Source: a virus (Duplodnaviria > Caudoviricetes). Taken from it: DNA of 64,000 nt. This document shows positions 9,865-20,102 of the stretch, in pieces (position 1 is the stretch's first letter; each line of letters begins with the position of its first letter). The stretch lies in IMG/VR virus record IMGVR_UViG_3300010429_002123. One strand, 5' to 3'. The notes beneath the pieces are model-generated. The model searched no databases and was not told the DNA's origin. It was given only the letters and a program-made list of their open reading frames with translations. The position numbers were made by a program, and so were the translations under genes.

Positions 9865-9904
9865 AGAAAGTTTCACAGACCGTTAAAAAGTTTTAAAAAT
9901 TGGC

Positions 9905-9933
9905 TTGACAATCTTTACTATTCGTAGTATGAT
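9905..9933 (+). promoter_or_regulatory. promoter for cassette 2 and the TnpB/Cas12-like gene
   Basis: TTGACA-17-TATGAT. Confidence 0.8.
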
Positions 9934-9943
9934 TATTTAAAGA

Positions 9944-10144
9944 ACACCAACGAAAACAAAAATAACCGATAAGTCCAGTCGGTGACTCGAAGTTAAGTCT
10001 TTCTTAAGACTTTTTGAGTCAAAGGCTTGCAAAGTTCTCGGTTTATAGAGAACGAGTAATCAAGCCAATCTAACGGGTTTCTAAAGAAACATGGTTAGAT
10101 GGAAAGATTTCATAATTTCTTTAGAAACGTGGTTAGTTGGAAAG
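9944..10144 (+). CRISPR. cassette 2: scaffold plus mini-array
   Basis: Repeats 10077-10106 and 10115-10144; 8-nt spacer. Confidence 0.85.
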
Positions 10145-10254
10145 AATGAGGGTTTGTTGGAGTTTTCGGAGAAAAGACTTTAAAACCCGGTTTTTCGGAA
10201 AGATGGGAAAAGTTTTAAGGTTCAAAAGTGAAAGAATTAATAGGAGGGAACGAC

Positions 10255-12552
10255 ATGATAGTTAGAAAAAGGAGAAAACTGAAGGACACTACGGAGGCGA
10301 AAGCTAAGAGGTCAGCCTCTGCCAAAAGGGCGAAAAGATATTCGGGACCGAAGTTCGCCTTTACTTTACCGCTTAAGGCTTGCAAATGGGAGAAAGACAT
10401 GGTATTTAAAAAGATAAACGGATACAGGCAAATGTATAATCACACTACTTTTGTAATATCTAAGTTATATCACGCCATGTGCCTCTCTTTACTGGAAGAC
10501 CAGGGTACTACCATTACAGACTCTGTCTTAAAAAGTATGAAAGGGCAGTTTGACAAGGCAAAAAGAGACTGTATAGAGAAGTATAAAGGACAGACCTACA
10601 CAAAACAGGAGTTCGCTTCTCTGCTCGAGTCCGAAGGGTTTAATGCGAAAGAAATAGAAAAAGCCATTCTCTGTTTTGCAAAAGAGAAGTTCAAAGAGAA
10701 AAAACTTGAACTAATAAAAGCTCAGAAAAACTTAAATAAGAAAAGTGCCATTTCCAACAAAATGAGTAATAAAACTGGGGGGAGCATCCTGGAAAAAACC
10801 GAGGAAGAAGAAGAGTATGAAGAGTTTTTAGAAAGCCTCGAAGAAGATGAAGACCCCACTACAGACTCTGACCCCGACTTAAAAGAGGCTCTTTCTGAGC
10901 CCGACGTCTGGGTAACCACAGACAAAGTCTACACAGGGGCGGAGAAGAAAACAGCTAAAGAGAACGCCCGGAAGGCAAGGGAGGAGCTCCAGAGAATAAA
11001 AGATGATTATGTCACTTTTCTTAAGTCGCACGGTCTTCCCACAGGTAATAAAAATAGCATAAACACAACACCCCCGGCAGAATTCAGAATTAAACACCCC
11101 CATTTGTATTATAATCTGCCTGGAAATGTTGTAGACACCATACTGGCCAGGGTGGAGTGTGCTCAGAAAAAGGTCTTTTACCAGGATGGTATGAACTTTA
11201 ATTATTACAGAAAAGACTTACGTAAGTCTTACCCCGCCAGAAAAGGTTCAGACCTTGCCATAGAACGGGACGCAAAAAATCCTCAGAAGTTTGTGCTCAG
11301 TGTGAGATTCGGGCACCATATTTCAAAAGAAAGAGAAAAACAGGGAGAAAAACAGGAAGAGTTTTTGAAACTTCCAATCGTAGCAGTAACCCCCTACGAC
11401 TTTGAGGTGCTGAACAGGTTGGAAACAGGTGTTTTTCAAGAGCACAGAATTCTGCGTAAGCAGGTGGGAAAAGAACTGAAGCTGTTTGTGCAGGTGGTTG
11501 TAAACGGAGAACCGCCTAAAAAACCCCAAAAGCTCGGAAAAGGCGTTGTAGGCATAGATATAGGAACACAAACGACAGGCTTTCATAGTGACACGGTAAC
11601 AAGATTAGTGGAACTGGCAGACACTCTTTACCCACAGGAAAAAGAATTCGTCTTCATAAAAAGAGCCCTCGACAGGTCGAGAAGAATGACCAACGTGACT
11701 AACTATAAGCCGGATAAAGAAGGAAGAAAAGGAAGAGGAGACGTAGCTGACAGAAAAGACAGAAAAGGGTGGATAAAGTCGAGATATTACAGGGAACTGC
11801 AGAGACTCCTGAGAAGTAATGAGCGTAAAAGAGCGAGAAAAAGAGAGCTTGCTCACTTCCTTTTAGCAAAAGAAATTGTGGCTCTCGGAGATACCTTTGT
11901 AATAGAAAAAGTCAACTGGAAGGGACTTCAAAGACGGGCAAAAAAGACAGAAAAGAACTCCAAAGGGAAGTTTAAAAAGAAAAAAAGGTTCGGTAAGAGT
12001 CTGGGAGAAAAAGCCCCGGCAAGTTTCGAGCAAATCCTTAAGAGAAAAGTTGAACAGGCCGGAGGAAAGTTCATCTACGTAAACACTCAGGCATATAGAG
12101 CCTCCCAGTATAATCATGTGACAGATACTTACACAAAAAGAGACCTGAGTACCCGCTGGGTTAACATAGGAGGCCACGTCGTTCAAAGAGATATGTATTC
12201 AGCCTTTTTGTTAAAAAACTTCAAAAACGAAGTGTCTCCTGACAGGAAAAAGTGTGAAGAAGACTTTGATGACTTTCTCACACGTCACAATGCGGAAGTT
12301 ACGCGTCTGAACCAGCTTAAACTAACAAAGGTCTTAAAAAGCTCGATGGGCATGAACCACATACCTTCTGCTATGGAGCTTGAATTAGCCAGGTTAGAAG
12401 GGTCTGTGGAAGAAGAAGTCCTTGACCGGATAGAAAGCTCTCTGGCCAGAGCAGAAGAGACTTACGGAGAAGAAATCCCGGAAGAAGTCCTCGAAGAGAT
12501 TTTTAACCCAAAACTCTCTATAGAAGAAATCTCCGGGATAGCCGCAGACTGA
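10255..12552 (+). CDS. large TnpB/Cas12-like RNA-guided RuvC nuclease
   Basis: RuvC-I VGIDIG, RuvC-II FVIEK, RuvC-III QRDMYSA; ATG 10255 after AGGAGG; flanked on both sides by scaffold/array cassettes. Confidence 0.9.
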   Translation: MIVRKRRKLKDTTEAKAKRSASAKRAKRYSGPKFAFTLPLKACKWEKDMVFKKINGYRQMYNHTTFVISKLYHAMCLSLLEDQGTTITDSVLKSMKGQFDKAKRDCIEKYKGQTYTKQEFASLLESEGFNAKEIEKAILCFAKEKFKEKKLELIKAQKNLNKKSAISNKMSNKTGGSILEKTEEEEEYEEFLESLEEDEDPTTDSDPDLKEALSEPDVWVTTDKVYTGAEKKTAKENARKAREELQRIKDDYVTFLKSHGLPTGNKNSINTTPPAEFRIKHPHLYYNLPGNVVDTILARVECAQKKVFYQDGMNFNYYRKDLRKSYPARKGSDLAIERDAKNPQKFVLSVRFGHHISKEREKQGEKQEEFLKLPIVAVTPYDFEVLNRLETGVFQEHRILRKQVGKELKLFVQVVVNGEPPKKPQKLGKGVVGIDIGTQTTGFHSDTVTRLVELADTLYPQEKEFVFIKRALDRSRRMTNVTNYKPDKEGRKGRGDVADRKDRKGWIKSRYYRELQRLLRSNERKRARKRELAHFLLAKEIVALGDTFVIEKVNWKGLQRRAKKTEKNSKGKFKKKKRFGKSLGEKAPASFEQILKRKVEQAGGKFIYVNTQAYRASQYNHVTDTYTKRDLSTRWVNIGGHVVQRDMYSAFLLKNFKNEVSPDRKKCEEDFDDFLTRHNAEVTRLNQLKLTKVLKSSMGMNHIPSAMELELARLEGSVEEEVLDRIESSLARAEETYGEEIPEEVLEEIFNPKLSIEEISGIAAD

Positions 12553-12614
12553 TTACCAGTAACCCGTGACTGAGTTGCCAAGACCAAAGTCACGGGACTT
12601 ACTCTGGTTAAAAT
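12553..12614. mobile_element. IS200/IS605-end-like hairpin remnant
   Basis: CCCGTGACT...AGTCACGGG stem; near-copy at 39755-39804. Confidence 0.5.
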
Positions 12615-12827
12615 GTAGACAAAAGATTAAAATAAGTGACAAATCCAGTCACTACCTTGAAGCTAAGTCTTAGAAAAGACTTTTTAAGGTAAGGCTTGGA
12701 AAGTTCTCGGTTTATAGAGAATGGGTAATCAAGCCAAACTAACAGGGTTCTAAGGAATTACGGTTAGATGGAAAGCTCTAATCCTTCTCTTGAAAGTGTT
12801 TCTAAAGAAACATGGTTAGATGGAAAG
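12612..12827 (+). CRISPR. cassette 3: scaffold plus mini-array
   Basis: Repeats 12746-12775 and 12798-12827; 22-nt spacer. Confidence 0.85.
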
Positions 12828-12871
12828 ATGATAGATTTTAATGTAGAGAGTAGAAGTGAGGTGGAGTAAGA

Positions 12872-13321
12872 GTGGGAGAATCTAGTGAGAACTTTGGAAA
12901 TATGGTAAAACTATACAGGCTCGCTGAAGACGTGATGGAAAAAGCTGAGAAAAAACATGAAGAGATAAAAGAGAAAAGAAAAGCGAAAAGAGCTTTAAGA
13001 GGCGTGCAGAAAAAAGCGGAACCCAAAAAAACTTATAAAGACCTTTTAGAAACCTTTAATCAGATGGTTAAAGATAAGTTTCAGATTATTCCCCCTCTCT
13101 GCGGGAAAGACGCCAAGTTTTCTAAAGAGCTCATAGACCACTTCGGTTACGAGTTAACTGAAAGGGTTTTTTTATGGACTCTTAAAGAATGGAAAACCAT
13201 ACAGAGAAAGTTCAGGATAGAGGGTCTTCCCACAGTGGGAATTATTTACGGATTTAATAACTATTTGTTTTCTGAGGTACAGAAGCAGGAAAAACTCTCA
13301 GAAACAGAGAATGAATTTTAA
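12872..13321 (+). CDS. hypothetical protein
   Basis: 149-aa ORF with GGAG RBS, upstream of the loader/helicase genes. Confidence 0.6.
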   Translation: MGESSENFGNMVKLYRLAEDVMEKAEKKHEEIKEKRKAKRALRGVQKKAEPKKTYKDLLETFNQMVKDKFQIIPPLCGKDAKFSKELIDHFGYELTERVFLWTLKEWKTIQRKFRIEGLPTVGIIYGFNNYLFSEVQKQEKLSETENEF

Positions 13322-13676
13322 TAAAAAGAAAGCAGGAAAAGGAGGTGATTACAGTGGAAATAATGCTGAATAAGATGACAGACCAGGAAAAGACAGAGTT
13401 TTACAAAGAGAAAATTCTAGCCTGGGGCAAAAAGCACGGAGGAGTTTTCTCTATCCCCTACTGCTTGCGAAAGAAAGAAGACAGCGAGCTACACGAGACA
13501 TGGGTAACTTTTTTGACAGAAAACGCCCCCCGGATTGTAAAGACAAGACAGATGGAATTTACTCCGAGAGCCCTGAAAGAACTTCAAAAAACAAACAAAA
13601 TAAAAAAACTTCCGAGTTCAACAAGCTTTAGAAAGTATGCCCTTGTATAACCGGGGAAAATAACCAGAGAGGAGGC

Positions 13677-14336
13677 GTGGAGATACAAATAAAAAGTGGA
13701 AAAATTAAAATTCAAAGTAAAGACTTTCTGGTCAGAGCCAGAATTCCTGAGAGGTTCTGGAAAGTGAAACTGAACCTTATTCCAGAGTCCCCATATAAAG
13801 ATACTCTTAACAACTATATAGAAAACTTCGAGGACTTCTACACACGAGGTGTAGGTCTTTTTATATACTCGAAAGACAATTCCTGTGGAAAGACTTCTGC
13901 AGGGGTTATTCTGTTAAAAGCGGGTATAAGTAAGGGTTTAACCTGTCTTTTTGCTGGCTCTGATGAAGTCATGGACAGTAAAGTGAGAAAAATAAGATTT
14001 GACGAAGACGAAGACCTTATTTCTCGCATGCACAGAGTGAATATACTTCTTATTGACGACATCGACAAAGAATACAGAGGAACCAGCGGTTTTTCTGAAA
14101 ATCAACTCGAGGCTCTTATACGAAAAAGGTCACAACAGCTAAAAGTGACCATCGTAACCAGTAACAGAACACCTGCAGAAATAAAAGAAATCTACAGTTC
14201 TGCCCTTTCAGAACTTATGAAAGAGTGTATGTACCCACTCAAGATTCCGGGACAGAGTGAGGGAGGAAAAAACTGGAGAGCAGAAGAGGCTCGTTTTTTA
14301 GCAGAAAAACTTCGAGTTCCCCCTAAAGACTACTGA
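13677..14336 (+). CDS. DnaC/IstB-like ATPase (helicase loader)
   Basis: IPERF, Walker A NSCGKT, Walker B LLIDD, TIVTSN. Confidence 0.85.
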   Translation: MEIQIKSGKIKIQSKDFLVRARIPERFWKVKLNLIPESPYKDTLNNYIENFEDFYTRGVGLFIYSKDNSCGKTSAGVILLKAGISKGLTCLFAGSDEVMDSKVRKIRFDEDEDLISRMHRVNILLIDDIDKEYRGTSGFSENQLEALIRKRSQQLKVTIVTSNRTPAEIKEIYSSALSELMKECMYPLKIPGQSEGGKNWRAEEARFLAEKLRVPPKDY

Positions 14337-14712
14337 AAAGCTACTTAGTAAACTAGAGGAGGAAAACATTAAATGATGACTACAGTAAAACGCAAAATTG
14401 TCTCTCTCCGGGGAGCGAAAGCAGAACTTATAGAAGGCCGTGTGTACGACCTCAGACCCGGACAAATAAAATATGAAATTCGACACAGTAAACAAGACCC
14501 AACTGTTCCCAGCTCTCTTGAAATTCGAGTAAAAGGAAACTTCTACGGAACCCTCCTGACTTCTGTCCACATAGGTGGGGTTTACTCGGAACTCTCAGCA
14601 GAAGAACAAAAAATCCTCTCTTTTGATTAGCCCAGCGTTCTTAACTATTTAACTACTTTGGTCAGTTTGGGTGCCTCCGGCTGGCCTACTATAAGGGAAG
14701 GAACTGTCGTGC

Positions 14713-17193
14713 ATGAATGTAGAATTAAATTTAATAGCCAAGATACTTCTAAAAGGAAGTATGCTTGAAGTAATGGACAGGGGGATAACGGAAGAGTTTT
14801 TCTATGACTCTGAGTGTAAGAAACAGTTTAAGTGGCTGTTGGAATTCTATCAAACTTATTCTGCTGTACCTTCTGTGGATTTATTTGAACAGGAATTTAA
14901 GGGGGTAGACTTACACAACCCCTACCCCAAAGAGCCGGTAAATTATTATATTGACTGCTTGAAAGAGCAAAGCGTTAGAAACAGGCTCAGAGACCTGCTA
15001 CTCACCAAAATGACCTCTGTTTTGACTAACCCTCTCGACAGCCTCGATGATTTAAAAACAGGTATTCTAGGTATAGTCCTTGAAAATGAGGATAATGTAG
15101 ATGTAGATATGGCGAAGGACGGAAAGCAAAGAAAAGACCGCTACGAAAACATGGTAGGAGGGGTTGACGGCTTTCTTACTCCCTGGCCTATTCTGGACGA
15201 AGTCACAAGAGGGATTCACAACTCAGAATACTGGGCAATCACAGGAAGACCTTATTCGGGAAAAAGTTGGGTGCTAACCCTTTTTGGGGCGAAGTTAAAA
15301 GCCCAGCAAAAAGTTCTCTTAATATGCTCTCTTGAAATGGGCATAGCTCAGTTTGAAAGAAGATTCGACTGTCTGGAATTCGACCTTTCTCACGAGAGGT
15401 TTAGAAACGGGGTTCTTACAGACATAGAAAAAGACAGATACTTTAAAGGTCTGGCTGAAAAAGACCAGACTTCGGTTATTATAACAAACTCCAACACTCT
15501 TTCCGTCCTCGCTGAAAAGATAAAACAATACAAGGCAGACGTTCTTATGATAGACGGGGCTTACTTACTGGTAGACGAGGCGAAGGGGAAAGGGATATGG
15601 GAAAGGACTACAAATATCAGCAGGTCTATAAAACGTATGGCAAACGAACTCTGTATACCCATCATAACCGTATGGCAGTTAAAAAGAGATGCAGACGGTT
15701 CTGATGACCCCTCCCTCAGCGACATTAACCTGTCAGATGCGATAGGACAGGATTCCGTCCCTAATGAACTGATTTTTACTTCGAATGGACTAGAACAGAT
15801 TTGTGATTTAGAGGGAAAAGAGTTCTATATTAATGACCTCGAAAACTTAAAAAGAGCAACCTGCGTGAAGGTCGGGCAGAAACAGGTTATGGAAATAAGT
15901 TTCAGGGGGTTTAACTTTGAATGCTCAGAAAACCATAAAGTTTATGTGTATGATAACACGCAAGGAGCCTTTGTATGGAAACTTGCCAAAAACATCATAC
16001 CCGAGAATGATTACTTAATAAGAAACAGGTGCGCTCTAAAAGGCGGTAAAGAGAGCTTTTCCATAAATAGGGAAGAGTTAGATGCTAAATTACGCACCAC
16101 GTTTGCAAAAAGAGGAGAAATGCGCTACCCTAAAACTTGCTCAAGAGATTTAGGGAAGTTTTTTGGTGGTATCATTGGTGACGGAAGTATAAAGTCTTAT
16201 CAATCTTTAGCCAAAGTTCATTGTGGTTATGATGAAGACTATGCCCAGGAATTTTTACTCCTTGCCTCAAAACTCTTTGGTGTAGAGGGGAAGAAAATCT
16301 ACCAAAAAACTGTTTGTAGCAAAGGGGAACAATTAGCCATTCATTGGAATAGTCAAAAATTGAATACTTTTTTAAATTCTTTTCTGGAGGAAAATGACGA
16401 AAAAGCTCTCCCTCTCTACTTCCTGGAACTCTGTTATGATTTCCGGTTAGGACTTCTGGAAGGTTTACTGCAGTCAGACGGAGGGTTTAAAAAACAGGTA
16501 AGGTTTGTTACCTCCGTTAAAACTGTGGCAACTAACTTCTGTAAACTCTGCCACAGTCTGGGGGTAAGGACTTATACAACCTTCAGAGAGAATGGAAAAA
16601 AGGGAGGTTATAGAATCAACCTTAACACAAGAGACCTCCTGAGACTGGATTTAAACATAGTGGGAGAGAAGAAAAAAGACTTTGAAAATCTTCGTCCCAC
16701 AGCTACGGGAGACAGGTTACCTTCCTCGTACGTAAAGAGTGTGTGTAAAGACCTTTCTTTCAGGAGAGACCACCCCTACGGTTACCTTGTAGAAAAGGGA
16801 AAAAGACACGGGACTATGAGTGTAGAGTCTCTGGAAGAGATAGAGAGGTTAAAAGGGCTGGACTTTTCTTCTAAATACTGTTTTGCCCAGGTGGATAGCG
16901 TAACCCTGACAGACAGGTTTGAAGAGATGTATGACCCTGTTATCCTCGACTCTGAAGATAAGAGGATACTTACAGACTTTGTCGTAACCCACAACTCTGA
17001 TGTAGTATTCAGTGTTATAAATAATGACGACCTTGAGCTTCGCCGGGAAAGAAGAATAGTCATGATGAAGCACCGTGAGGGTGAACTCAAGAATTTCACT
17101 ATAGATTTTGACCCGAATACAGTCAGTTTTGGGGACAAGGAGGACGCCGACATAGACGTAAATGCCGATGATAATGAGGTTCTTGACTACTAG
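14713..17193 (+). CDS. dnaB: replicative DnaB-like helicase with intein
   Basis: GRPYSGKS, SLEM, IDG, QLKR, QD|SDVV and KHREG motifs. Confidence 0.9.
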   Translation: MNVELNLIAKILLKGSMLEVMDRGITEEFFYDSECKKQFKWLLEFYQTYSAVPSVDLFEQEFKGVDLHNPYPKEPVNYYIDCLKEQSVRNRLRDLLLTKMTSVLTNPLDSLDDLKTGILGIVLENEDNVDVDMAKDGKQRKDRYENMVGGVDGFLTPWPILDEVTRGIHNSEYWAITGRPYSGKSWVLTLFGAKLKAQQKVLLICSLEMGIAQFERRFDCLEFDLSHERFRNGVLTDIEKDRYFKGLAEKDQTSVIITNSNTLSVLAEKIKQYKADVLMIDGAYLLVDEAKGKGIWERTTNISRSIKRMANELCIPIITVWQLKRDADGSDDPSLSDINLSDAIGQDSVPNELIFTSNGLEQICDLEGKEFYINDLENLKRATCVKVGQKQVMEISFRGFNFECSENHKVYVYDNTQGAFVWKLAKNIIPENDYLIRNRCALKGGKESFSINREELDAKLRTTFAKRGEMRYPKTCSRDLGKFFGGIIGDGSIKSYQSLAKVHCGYDEDYAQEFLLLASKLFGVEGKKIYQKTVCSKGEQLAIHWNSQKLNTFLNSFLEENDEKALPLYFLELCYDFRLGLLEGLLQSDGGFKKQVRFVTSVKTVATNFCKLCHSLGVRTYTTFRENGKKGGYRINLNTRDLLRLDLNIVGEKKKDFENLRPTATGDRLPSSYVKSVCKDLSFRRDHPYGYLVEKGKRHGTMSVESLEEIERLKGLDFSSKYCFAQVDSVTLTDRFEEMYDPVILDSEDKRILTDFVVTHNSDVVFSVINNDDLELRRERRIVMMKHREGELKNFTIDFDPNTVSFGDKEDADIDVNADDNEVLDY
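15754..16995 (+). mobile_element. intein with LAGLIDADG endonuclease in DnaB (414 aa, Ser1)
   Basis: QD|SVPNE...CSENH...GIIGDG...LQSDG...VTHN|S. Confidence 0.85.
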
Positions 17194-17223
17194 AGAAAAG
17201 TTAGCCCTTTTTTAAAAAAAGGC

Positions 17224-17252
17224 TTGACATAATTGTTATACCGTGATAGTAT
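17224..17252 (+). promoter_or_regulatory. promoter
   Basis: TTGACA-17-TAGTAT. Confidence 0.7.
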
Positions 17253-17281
17253 GAAAAGAAAGATACAAAAGGAGACAGATA

Positions 17282-17752
17282 ATGGAAAGGTTAAAAGTTT
17301 TTATAGGAGAGGACAACTGTTCCTACCCTGTAACGGGAGTAACCTTCACTCCCAAAAAAGAGGCAGAAACAAAAGAAGAACTGATAGCTACAGTAAGCTA
17401 TCTGAAAGAAGGAAACGAAATCACCAGGGCAATTAATCCGAGAGTTGACAGTGTGAGGCTCGGAACAGGTGTTTGTGGTTCGGACGGCCAGGAAATTGCA
17501 GACGGAGACATAGTAAGGGTTGAAAAAACCTTAGATGGGAGAACTCTGGCCTCTCCTGAGTTTTATACTGTCACGTATTTTGCCCATAAGTTTCTTGCCC
17601 GTTCTGTAAAAACAGGACAGCACACCGTTTTTTCGGAGTGGTTACCTCAGGCAACTCACTCCCGGGTTGTGGGTTACGCCGGAAGAGTCTGTTCTAAATG
17701 CATGGCTTCTGAATTAACCTGCAGGTGTAGCAATAGCTACATGTTTAGATGA
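17282..17752 (+). CDS. YopX-like protein
   Basis: TGVCGSDGQEIADGDIV...VVG resembles YopX TG..D.NG.EIYEGDIV. Confidence 0.6.
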   Translation: MERLKVFIGEDNCSYPVTGVTFTPKKEAETKEELIATVSYLKEGNEITRAINPRVDSVRLGTGVCGSDGQEIADGDIVRVEKTLDGRTLASPEFYTVTYFAHKFLARSVKTGQHTVFSEWLPQATHSRVVGYAGRVCSKCMASELTCRCSNSYMFR

Positions 17753-17754
17753 TA

Positions 17755-18022
17755 ACATCGACAAAAGTTTACAATATGTGATAAATCCAGTCATAGTCCC
17801 GAAGTTAACTTCTTTTTAGAAGTTTTTAGGACAAGGCTTACAAAGTTTTCAGTTTATAGAAAACGAGTCAATAAGCCAAACTAACGGGTTTCTTGGAAAA
17901 CATGGTTAGATGGAAAGAAGAGCCTTGTTTCTGAAGAAGCATGGTTAGATGGAAAGAAATTACGGAGTCTTTGTTCATTTCGCTGATACACGGTTTCCGA
18001 GGAAACATGGTTAGATGGAAAG
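17755..18022 (+). CRISPR. cassette 4: scaffold plus mini-array
   Basis: Repeats 17888-17917, 17927-17956, 17993-18022; spacers 9 and 36 nt. Confidence 0.9.
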
Positions 18023-18222
18023 ATAATATTATGGGATGGAGAGATAGAAAGGAAGAGTGAGAGCATGGACGTACAGATAATAATAGATAAAGACGGAAAA
18101 GTTACTTTTACTACTTTGACAAAAAAGTTTCTTCCGGTTGCTGAGGCTCTTACCGGAAAAAAGTTCTTACAGGAAGAGAAAAAGCCTGAGAAGTCCGTGA
18201 ACTAGAGGAGGAAATCGAAGTT

Positions 18223-18636
18223 ATGTATATGCTTATAGAGCACTTAGAAACACTCTACGAGAACCAGAGGGCACACGAAACTGAGATGTTCCTCCACCCC
18301 CTGAGGGGGAAAATCGTAGGTAAAGAAGAAAAAGATGGGAAAAAAGTCTACCAGATAGACTTTTTTGATGTGGGAATTATAAATAAAACTCATGAAGAGA
18401 TAGAAGACGATATGATAATAGAATTTGAGGACTTCAGTCTCACCATCGACGAAGACTATGGGATAGGTGAGCACGTTCTGGGAGAAATAATCCGTGACTG
18501 TGGCTGTCCCCCGTCAAACGGGGAGACAAAAGGACAGTTTTATATTCAGGTGATAAGAATCGGAGGAAAACCTTCCGACGTAGAGGAAGAGGAGTTAAAA
18601 AGCTCAGTAGACATCGACGAAACTAAAAATAAGTGA
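18223..18636 (+). CDS. hypothetical protein (stop codon lies inside cassette 5)
   Basis: GAGGAGG RBS; 3' end overlaps the scaffold 5' motif. Confidence 0.6.
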   Translation: MYMLIEHLETLYENQRAHETEMFLHPLRGKIVGKEEKDGKKVYQIDFFDVGIINKTHEEIEDDMIIEFEDFSLTIDEDYGIGEHVLGEIIRDCGCPPSNGETKGQFYIQVIRIGGKPSDVEEEELKSSVDIDETKNK

Positions 18637-18938
18637 TAAATCCAGTCACCACCTCGGAGTTAACTTCTCTTTAGAAGTTTCTGAGGTAAGGCTTAGAAAG
18701 TTCTTGGTTTATAAAGAACGAGTAATCAAGCTAAGCTAACGGGTTTCTAAAGAAACATGGTTAGATGGAAAGTGAAATTCTATACTACCCTGAAGAATTC
18801 CTTTAGAAGTTTCTAAGGAAGCATGGTTAGATGGAAAGGTTTCTAAGAAAACATGGTTAGTTGGAAAGGCGATTGTGATAGAAGCGACGTGGTATGTGGT
18901 TAGTAAGGGTTTCTGAGGAAATGTGGGTGGAGAAAAAG
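18611..18938 (+). CRISPR. cassette 5: scaffold plus mini-array
   Basis: Repeats 18743-18772, 18809-18838, 18839-18868, degenerate 18909-18938; spacers 36, 0 and 40 nt. Confidence 0.9.
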
Positions 18939-18946
18939 CGTAAAAA

Positions 18947-19522
18947 GTGAAAGGAGAAAGACTCATGGGGAGAACGGCGAAAAGAGTTCCAATGGATTTC
19001 AACTGGCCTAAAGGGGTTGTATGGAAAGGGTATTTGAGTCCGTATGCTACTATAAAGTGTAGTTTCTGCAAAAAAACGGGCTATTCACAGGAGCTATTAA
19101 AAGAATTAAGCAATGTTCCCGAGTATACTCCGGGAGGGTATACAAAAAAAGAAAAGATTAGAAAAGACTTCGAAAAGTTACATGGAAAAGAGAAAGTGTA
19201 TTGTTTTCTGTGTGGGGGTGATGGTGAGTATTACTGCTCTGAAGAGATAAAATCTCTGGCGGAAAAGTGGGAGGGATTTGACCCTCCAGCGGGAGAGGGC
19301 TGGCAGTTATGGGAGACTACTTCCGAGGGTTCCCCTCAATCCCCTGTGTTTGCTACCCTCGATGACCTTTGTGCCTGGGCAGAAGAAAACGCCACAACTT
19401 TTGCTGCTTGCAAGGCCACTAAAGAACAATGGAAAGACATGTTAGAAAAAGATTTTGTGTGTGCCTCATTTATAGGTGTAAACAGGGTAACTGGAGAAAC
19501 CACGCAGATTCTAATGATGTAA
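18947..19522 (+). CDS. hypothetical phage protein
   Basis: W.WP...W.GY and WQLWETTSEGSP.SPVF motifs, CxxC. Confidence 0.65.
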   Translation: MKGERLMGRTAKRVPMDFNWPKGVVWKGYLSPYATIKCSFCKKTGYSQELLKELSNVPEYTPGGYTKKEKIRKDFEKLHGKEKVYCFLCGGDGEYYCSEEIKSLAEKWEGFDPPAGEGWQLWETTSEGSPQSPVFATLDDLCAWAEENATTFAACKATKEQWKDMLEKDFVCASFIGVNRVTGETTQILMM

Positions 19523-19535
19523 TGGAGGATACGTA

Positions 19536-20102
19536 GTGAACCCGCTTTTAGCCTACAAAAGAAAAGACTATAGTCTGACCAAAGAACTTCTAGCTACCGA
19601 GACAGTAAACATGGTGGACGGGGAAGGGCAAGCACTGATTCATTATCTCGCTATGAACGGAGATACTACTTTTTTAAATAAAGTTTTATTCTTTAATGGG
19701 AATGTAGATATAAAGTCTCATCATATTCCGAAGTGTTCTCCCCTGCATTTCGCGGTAGAGAAAGGGCACATTCCTTTTATAGAAGCTCTTTTATCTGCGG
19801 GGGCAGACCGGGAGAGTGAGAACTTCACAGAGGAGACCGCTCTGTGGAGAGTGTTTTCCCCATATGAGAACAGGGTTTCCCTGCTGTCTTTTCTTTTTGA
19901 TAATAAGTTTAACTTTCACCATCTTCGAAAAACTACAAAGTCTTCGTTTTTTCAATGGGCAGGTCTTGTGTGCATGTGGGAAGAAGAACTACTTTTTATA
20001 GCGGAGAAGTTTCCCGACTGTCTCGACACCGACCAGGCTCAGTGGAAAACACCCAGAGAACTTCATCGAATCGGAAAGGGGAGAGAACAATGGCTGTGGT
20101 AA
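19536..20102 (+). CDS. ankyrin-repeat protein
   Basis: GQALIHYLAMNG and SPLHFAVEKGH...LLSAGAD. Confidence 0.85.
   Translation: MNPLLAYKRKDYSLTKELLATETVNMVDGEGQALIHYLAMNGDTTFLNKVLFFNGNVDIKSHHIPKCSPLHFAVEKGHIPFIEALLSAGADRESENFTEETALWRVFSPYENRVSLLSFLFDNKFNFHHLRKTTKSSFFQWAGLVCMWEEELLFIAEKFPDCLDTDQAQWKTPRELHRIGKGREQWLW

Noticed and set aside
10255-12552. Intact IS605/IS607 transposon
   Set aside because: No tnpA or serine recombinase; the gene is flanked by scaffold-array cassettes instead.
17961-17971. 11-nt match of a spacer to ~23075
   Set aside because: Too short; no convincing self-target was found by eye for any spacer.
17881-18066. Minus-strand ORFs with FPSNH repeats (also 18736-19071 and 40339-40671)
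   Set aside because: They are translations of the CRISPR repeats.
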